Assembly: GCF_040402955.1 (NCBI RefSeq)
Contig: NZ_JBBALQ010000006.1
Location: 679-64,678 of the forward strand
Source: Flavobacterium sp.
Lineage (GTDB): Bacteria; Bacteroidota; Bacteroidia; Flavobacteriales; Flavobacteriaceae
Reading direction: 5' to 3'
Length of the DNA stretch: 64,000 nt
Shown here in pieces: positions 59,753-64,000 of the stretch. Both the position numbers and the translations under genes were made by a program. Below the pieces are notes generated by a model that worked only from the letters and a program-made list of their open reading frames with translations, did no database searches and was not told where the DNA came from. Every line of letters begins with the position of its first letter. The stretch's first letter is position 1.

Positions 59753-60883
59753 TTATTTTAGTTTTTCAAAGAAATATAGTTGATAATTAGGTAATAATTC
59801 TGGATGAAATATTTTTACTAAATCTTTCAACACTAAATCTGGTCGATTAGGCGCTAATTCGTAATAAATTACACCACCCGTTTTGCCTTTCTTTTTACTA
59901 AACGAATAAATATTTTTTGCTTTAAAAGCTTTAAATTTTGAATAATGTGGATTCGCGTTTTTAATTTCTTCTAAAGAAGTATATTGATCCATAAACCAAA
60001 TATCGGCATTTTTGGCAATACTATATACTTTTTCAAATGATAAAGATAGGCTTCCCGTTCCTTTAGTTTTTGCCCATAAATAGTTTCCATTTGCATTGGT
60101 TATAAATTTTGCACCCCAACTTTCGCCTTGTGGCAAATACCATTTATCTTCGTATAAAGATCCACTAAAAACAGTTGGTTTTACTTTTGTTTTTTCAACT
60201 AATTTTAATGTTTCATTATATGTTTTTTCGATTGATTTGAAAATTTCATTGGCTTGTTTTTCTTTTCCAAAAAGAACACCAAAAAGTTTAATCCACTCCA
60301 CTTTACCTAAAGGTGATTGCTCATTCCAATCGCCATTTAAAATTACTTTTAATCCGTTTCTTTCTAAGTTATCTAAAGTCGGATTACTATTGTCTAAACC
60401 ATAACCCATAATAATATCTGGTTGTAGATTTATTAAAACTTCAGTATTTAACGACTGATTACTTCCTAATTCTTTTATTTTTCCAGCATCAATTAAGTTC
60501 CTTACTTTTTCTGAAGAAATGTAATTTAAATTCGGAAAACCAATTAGTTTATTTTCTTCTCCAAGCATTTCTAATGAAGGAATATGTGTAGTAGAAGTTA
60601 AAACAATAGTTTTAATTGGTACTTGAATTTGAGTAAAATTTTTATATTCTGTTGGAATTACCGCATTTTTCTTCTTTAAAATATAAGAATATTTCTTTTT
60701 TGCATTTGGCCACGGCGAAGTAACTTCTACAATTGAATAATTTTCTTTTGTAATGATAGTTATACCTTTAGCGTGTTTTATTTCGTTATTTCTTGTGTTT
60801 TCTGATGCCTTACTTTCCTTGTTATTACAAGATATAAAAGTAAATAAAAACAAAAGAAAACTTATTTTTTTAGCAAGATACAT
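59753..60883 (-). CDS. ABC transporter periplasmic substrate-binding lipoprotein (BtuF/cluster A-2 like)
   Basis: Lipobox FISC, and it is the first gene of the ABC operon. At 376 aa it is longer than classical BtuF. Confidence 0.7.
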   Translation of the reverse strand: MYLAKKISFLLFLFTFISCNNKESKASENTRNNEIKHAKGITIITKENYSIVEVTSPWPNAKKKYSYILKKKNAVIPTEYKNFTQIQVPIKTIVLTSTTHIPSLEMLGEENKLIGFPNLNYISSEKVRNLIDAGKIKELGSNQSLNTEVLINLQPDIIMGYGLDNSNPTLDNLERNGLKVILNGDWNEQSPLGKVEWIKLFGVLFGKEKQANEIFKSIEKTYNETLKLVEKTKVKPTVFSGSLYEDKWYLPQGESWGAKFITNANGNYLWAKTKGTGSLSLSFEKVYSIAKNADIWFMDQYTSLEEIKNANPHYSKFKAFKAKNIYSFSKKKGKTGGVIYYELAPNRPDLVLKDLVKIFHPELLPNYQLYFFEKLK

Positions 60884-60922
60884 TTGTGAAATTTTTTACA
60901 AAAGTAAAAGATATTTATATAG

Positions 60923-60953
60923 TTTGATTTTAATTTTTAATTAATTACATTTA
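60923..60953 (+). promoter_or_regulatory. Candidate promoter for the riboswitch-btuB transcript (-33 TTTG at 60923-60926, -7 TACATTTA at 60946-60953)
   Basis: 7 of 8 match to TAnnTTTG with 19-nt spacing, just upstream of the aptamer. Confidence 0.35.
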
Positions 60954-60964
60954 CACCTGAATTT

Positions 60965-61142
60965 TGGTTGATGTTCTATAACATAGAATAATCATTAAAA
61001 GGGAATCAGGTACAAGACCTGAGCTGTTCCCGCAACTGTATGCTACTAAACGTTAGTGTTATCTGCAAATCCACTGTTTCGCTTAAAACGAGATGGGAAG
61101 GAAGACACTAATAGGCAAGCCAGGAGACCTGCCACATTCATT
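60965..61142 (+). promoter_or_regulatory. Cobalamin (B12) riboswitch aptamer
   Basis: Core elements read in order: AAAAGGGAATCAGGT..AGACCTGAGCTGTTCCCGCAACTGTA, the B12 box TCCACTG, TGGGAAGG, and GCCAGGAGACCTGCC. It sits upstream of a TonB-dependent receptor. Confidence 0.9.
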
Positions 61143-61157
61143 GAGTATCAAACTTTC

Positions 61158-61205
61158 GGGAAAAAAGGTTTGGGTATGGGTAATTCTATGCTTTTCTCCC
61201 ATTTT
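61158..61205 (+). terminator. Possible expression-platform terminator of the B12 riboswitch
   Basis: gggaaaaaag (61158-61167) pairs at 9 of 10 positions with cttttctccc (61191-61200), followed by ATTTT. Confidence 0.35.
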
Positions 61206-61226
61206 GGAAAAATTTAAATTAGAAAA

Positions 61227-63149
61227 ATGAAACGTAATTTCATTAAACTATCTGCGTATTTTACGTTGGTAACTTCTTTTGCTTTGGCTCAAGAACAAAA
61301 TCTGTCAAAAACAATTCAAGAGATTGTAATTTCCGACACCAAATTTGCGCAAAGCAAAGAAAAATCAGGAAAAATTATTGAAAAAATTACAGCAAAAGAT
61401 TTAGAAAACAAAAAAGGGCAAACTTTAGCCGCTGTCCTAAGTCAAGTCGCTGGAGTAGAAGTTGCTGGAAGTCAATCTGGAACTGGGAAAAACTTAGAAT
61501 ATTACATTCGAGGTGGAAGAAGTCGTCAAGTATTAATTGTAATTGATGGTGTTCCTGTAACTGACGCTTCAGGAATTGGTTTTCAATATGATTTGCGTTT
61601 GTTGCCAGTAGAACAAATTGAAAGTATTGAAATTATGAAAGGAGCAGCCAGTACTTTATATGGTTCTGGAGCTGCAACAGGCCTAATTAATATTACTTTA
61701 AAGAAAGCCACAAAAAAAGAGATTGAAGGTACTGTTTATATGAATTTGGGAACACAAAACACAGCCAATCAAACAAAAACAAACGCGCAGGATTTCAATC
61801 AAGGTTTTTCTGTGAACGGTTCAAAAGGTCGATTTTCGTATTTAACATCTTTAAATAGTACCGAAACAAAAGGAATTAGCGAAGCTGCAGGAACGAATTT
61901 TGAAACGGATTATTTTTCTAGGGTAAATGCCTTGCAAAAAATTGGAATTCAATTTAATTCTAAATTTAGCATACACGCTTTCACTAATTATGATAGATTA
62001 AAATCTTCTTTTGATGGTGGAAACTTTACTGATGAAACGGCAAATATTTCACTTTCGGAGCAGTTTAGAGTTGGGTTTACACCAAAATATAAATATACAA
62101 ATGGTGAATTAAATTTAGTAACGGGTTTTACTAATTTGGAAAGACATTATGATACATATAGTTCTTGGTCTTCTAGTATTGAAAAATCGTATTACAAATC
62201 TAGAAGTTTTTCTATTGATATGTTCAATAAGTATAATTTTTCAAAATCATTTTTCTTGATTTTAGGAACGCAATTTCAATTTATGGATATGCAAGAAGAA
62301 ACTGCTTATGAATATATTTTAAATTCACAAGCTAATTTTAATGTGGTAGATCCTTATGTAACAGCCGTTTATTATTCAAATTTTGGTTTGAATATTAATG
62401 TTGGTGCTAGATCAAACAATCATAATGTATATGGTAGTCATACAACATTTAATTTTAATCCGTCCTTTAGTTTCCATAAAACACCTTTACGATTAATTTT
62501 TTCTTACAGCTCAGCATATATTACACCTTCATTGTATCAATTATTTTCGCCTTACGGAAATTTGAATTTAAAACCCGAAGAAAACACTACTATTGAAGCA
62601 GGTTTTGAAACTACAGTACTCGATAAAAAAGTTACATTAAATACCGTTGGTTTTTATAGAGAACAAGAAAATACTTATGATTTTTTTACAGATTCGACGT
62701 CTTATGAATCTCAATATATTAATAATTCAAATGTTGTCATCGCAAAAGGAATGGAAACCACTTTAAGTATAAAACCAATTTCCTACTTTTCGATAAATGG
62801 AAATTATACATTTACACAAGTTGCCGAAGCGCAAAGCAAGTTAATTCCGAAACATAAAGTAAATGTTTCATTTGATGTTGACTTAACAAAAAAAATCCAT
62901 TGGAACACCCAATATCAATATGTGGAATCCAGAAACGATGCCTATTTTGATAGTATTACATTCGCTACGATAAATACAGTTTTAGCTTCCTATCAAGTAG
63001 TAAACACAAATTTTTCAATTGATGTAGTACCAAATAGATTGTCAATTTTTACAGCTATTACCAATATTTTAGATAAAGATTTTTATGAAAACATAGGATA
63101 TTCTGCAAGAGGAAGAAATTTTAAATTAGGAATTAATTTTAAGTTTTAA
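61227..63149 (+). CDS. btuB: TonB-dependent vitamin B12 receptor (BtuB-like)
   Basis: Signal peptide, a TonB box-like EIVISDT, plug and barrel domains and a terminal F. It lies immediately downstream of the cobalamin riboswitch. Confidence 0.85.
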   Translation: MKRNFIKLSAYFTLVTSFALAQEQNLSKTIQEIVISDTKFAQSKEKSGKIIEKITAKDLENKKGQTLAAVLSQVAGVEVAGSQSGTGKNLEYYIRGGRSRQVLIVIDGVPVTDASGIGFQYDLRLLPVEQIESIEIMKGAASTLYGSGAATGLINITLKKATKKEIEGTVYMNLGTQNTANQTKTNAQDFNQGFSVNGSKGRFSYLTSLNSTETKGISEAAGTNFETDYFSRVNALQKIGIQFNSKFSIHAFTNYDRLKSSFDGGNFTDETANISLSEQFRVGFTPKYKYTNGELNLVTGFTNLERHYDTYSSWSSSIEKSYYKSRSFSIDMFNKYNFSKSFFLILGTQFQFMDMQEETAYEYILNSQANFNVVDPYVTAVYYSNFGLNINVGARSNNHNVYGSHTTFNFNPSFSFHKTPLRLIFSYSSAYITPSLYQLFSPYGNLNLKPEENTTIEAGFETTVLDKKVTLNTVGFYREQENTYDFFTDSTSYESQYINNSNVVIAKGMETTLSIKPISYFSINGNYTFTQVAEAQSKLIPKHKVNVSFDVDLTKKIHWNTQYQYVESRNDAYFDSITFATINTVLASYQVVNTNFSIDVVPNRLSIFTAITNILDKDFYENIGYSARGRNFKLGINFKF

Positions 63150-63262
63150 AATTAAAGTAAACGTAAGATTTATTTGCGTTTTTGTTTTATGTAACAATTT
63201 TGAAACAATGTTGTCTAATCTTTGGAATAGATTTTGATATTCAAACTAAAAAAAAGTGAGTT

Positions 63263-63784
63263 ATGAAAAAAATTATTGTTTATGTTGCTTTGATGGTTTC
63301 ATCTTTGGTATTTTCACAAAATGCTTTTGATAAATTAGAAGATAAAGAAGGTATAGAAAGCATTGTGGTTTCTAAAAAAATGTTCGATTTAATGAGTAAA
63401 GTTAAAGTTGATGCAAAAGACAAAGAAATGCAGCAATATATGAACTTGCTTAAAAAATTAGATAATTTACAAGCATATTACACCTCACAAGCGAAATGGA
63501 GTGGCGATTTGAACGCGGCTGCAGCTTCCTATTTAAAAGCAAATCCTTTAGATGCGATTTCGTCCACTACGCAAGATGGAAACGTAATTAAAGTATACGG
63601 AAAAACAGATGCTAATGAAACCAATGTAAAAGAAGTTTTAGTAGTGGTAAACGGTAATTTTAATGGAGTAAAAACATCAATTGTTTCAATAAAAGGTGAT
63701 TTTCCTTTGAGTGAAATTGCATTACTTGTTAAAAAATTAAATCTTCCAGGCGCCGATATTTTAAGTAAAATTGATAAAAAATAA
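63263..63784 (+). CDS. DUF4252 domain-containing secreted protein
   Basis: Signal peptide. The pattern ..EGIESIVVSKKMFDLMSKVKVD.. matches DUF4252 as I recall it. Confidence 0.6.
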   Translation: MKKIIVYVALMVSSLVFSQNAFDKLEDKEGIESIVVSKKMFDLMSKVKVDAKDKEMQQYMNLLKKLDNLQAYYTSQAKWSGDLNAAAASYLKANPLDAISSTTQDGNVIKVYGKTDANETNVKEVLVVVNGNFNGVKTSIVSIKGDFPLSEIALLVKKLNLPGADILSKIDKK

Positions 63785-63788
63785 TCGG

Positions 63789-64000
63789 ATGAAAAAAATA
63801 TTTTTACTTGTTATTGTAGCCATTTCATTCAGTTGTAAACAAGAAGCTTCTTTGCAAAAATACTTTGTGGAAAGTGGCGAAAAAAAGGAATTTATGGCGT
63901 TAGACGTTTCTTCTTCTATTTTAAATATTAATGAAACCAAATTATCTGCGTCAGAAAAAGCGGCATTAGCATCGTTTGATAAAGTAAATATTTTAGCTTT
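63789..64000 (+). CDS. Second DUF4252-like lipoprotein, truncated by the window end
   Basis: My own translation: MKKIFLLVIVAISFSCKQEASLQKYFVESGEKKEFMALDVSSSILNI... It has the lipobox FSC, and the frame is open to position 64000. Confidence 0.5.
   Translation, partial: MKKIFLLVIVAISFSCKQEASLQKYFVESGEKKEFMALDVSSSILNINETKLSASEKAALASFDKVNILA

Overview
AT-rich, gene-dense chromosomal segment that looks like a Flavobacteriia (Bacteroidota) genome. The evidence for that is T9SS C-terminal sorting domains, TAnnTTTG-type -7 promoter boxes, no Shine-Dalgarno sequences, TonB-receptor/DUF4249 pairs and a monomeric Icd. Most of the window is housekeeping: ndk, bshC, mtaB, rpmE2, the sufA-B-C-D operon, hutH, gcvT, clpC-like, gyrA, icd, rplS, tgt, lptF/G, accA, dnaB and rmuC. 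There is also a B12 uptake locus, with a cobalamin riboswitch and a BtuB-like receptor placed divergently from btuF/C/D-like genes. I saw no rRNA, tRNA, CRISPR array, transposase, integrase or recognisable defence genes, and I cannot claim a clear novel multi-gene system. The observations most worth a second look are listed here. (1) An Avd/23S-IVS-type four-helix-bundle gene sits between sufC and sufD. It is bracketed by 22-nt inverted arms built from GTTTCAR heptamers and carries an in-frame TAA. (2) A GC-rich nested imperfect palindrome lies in the mtaB leader. (3) An unannotated Cys-rich small ORF follows hutH directly. (4) Two identical 34-nt palindromic terminators each supply the last five codons and the stop of unrelated genes. 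(5) A divergent cluster of secreted heme-type, YceI, DOMON, DUF5777 and ankyrin genes is of unknown function. (6) A 725-aa B12-domain radical SAM protein has a CX4CX2C motif and a TTG start. (7) Tandem heptamer motifs (GTTTNAG, CACATAG) recur in intergenic regions. All family assignments come from reading the translations and from memory of those families. No searches were run.
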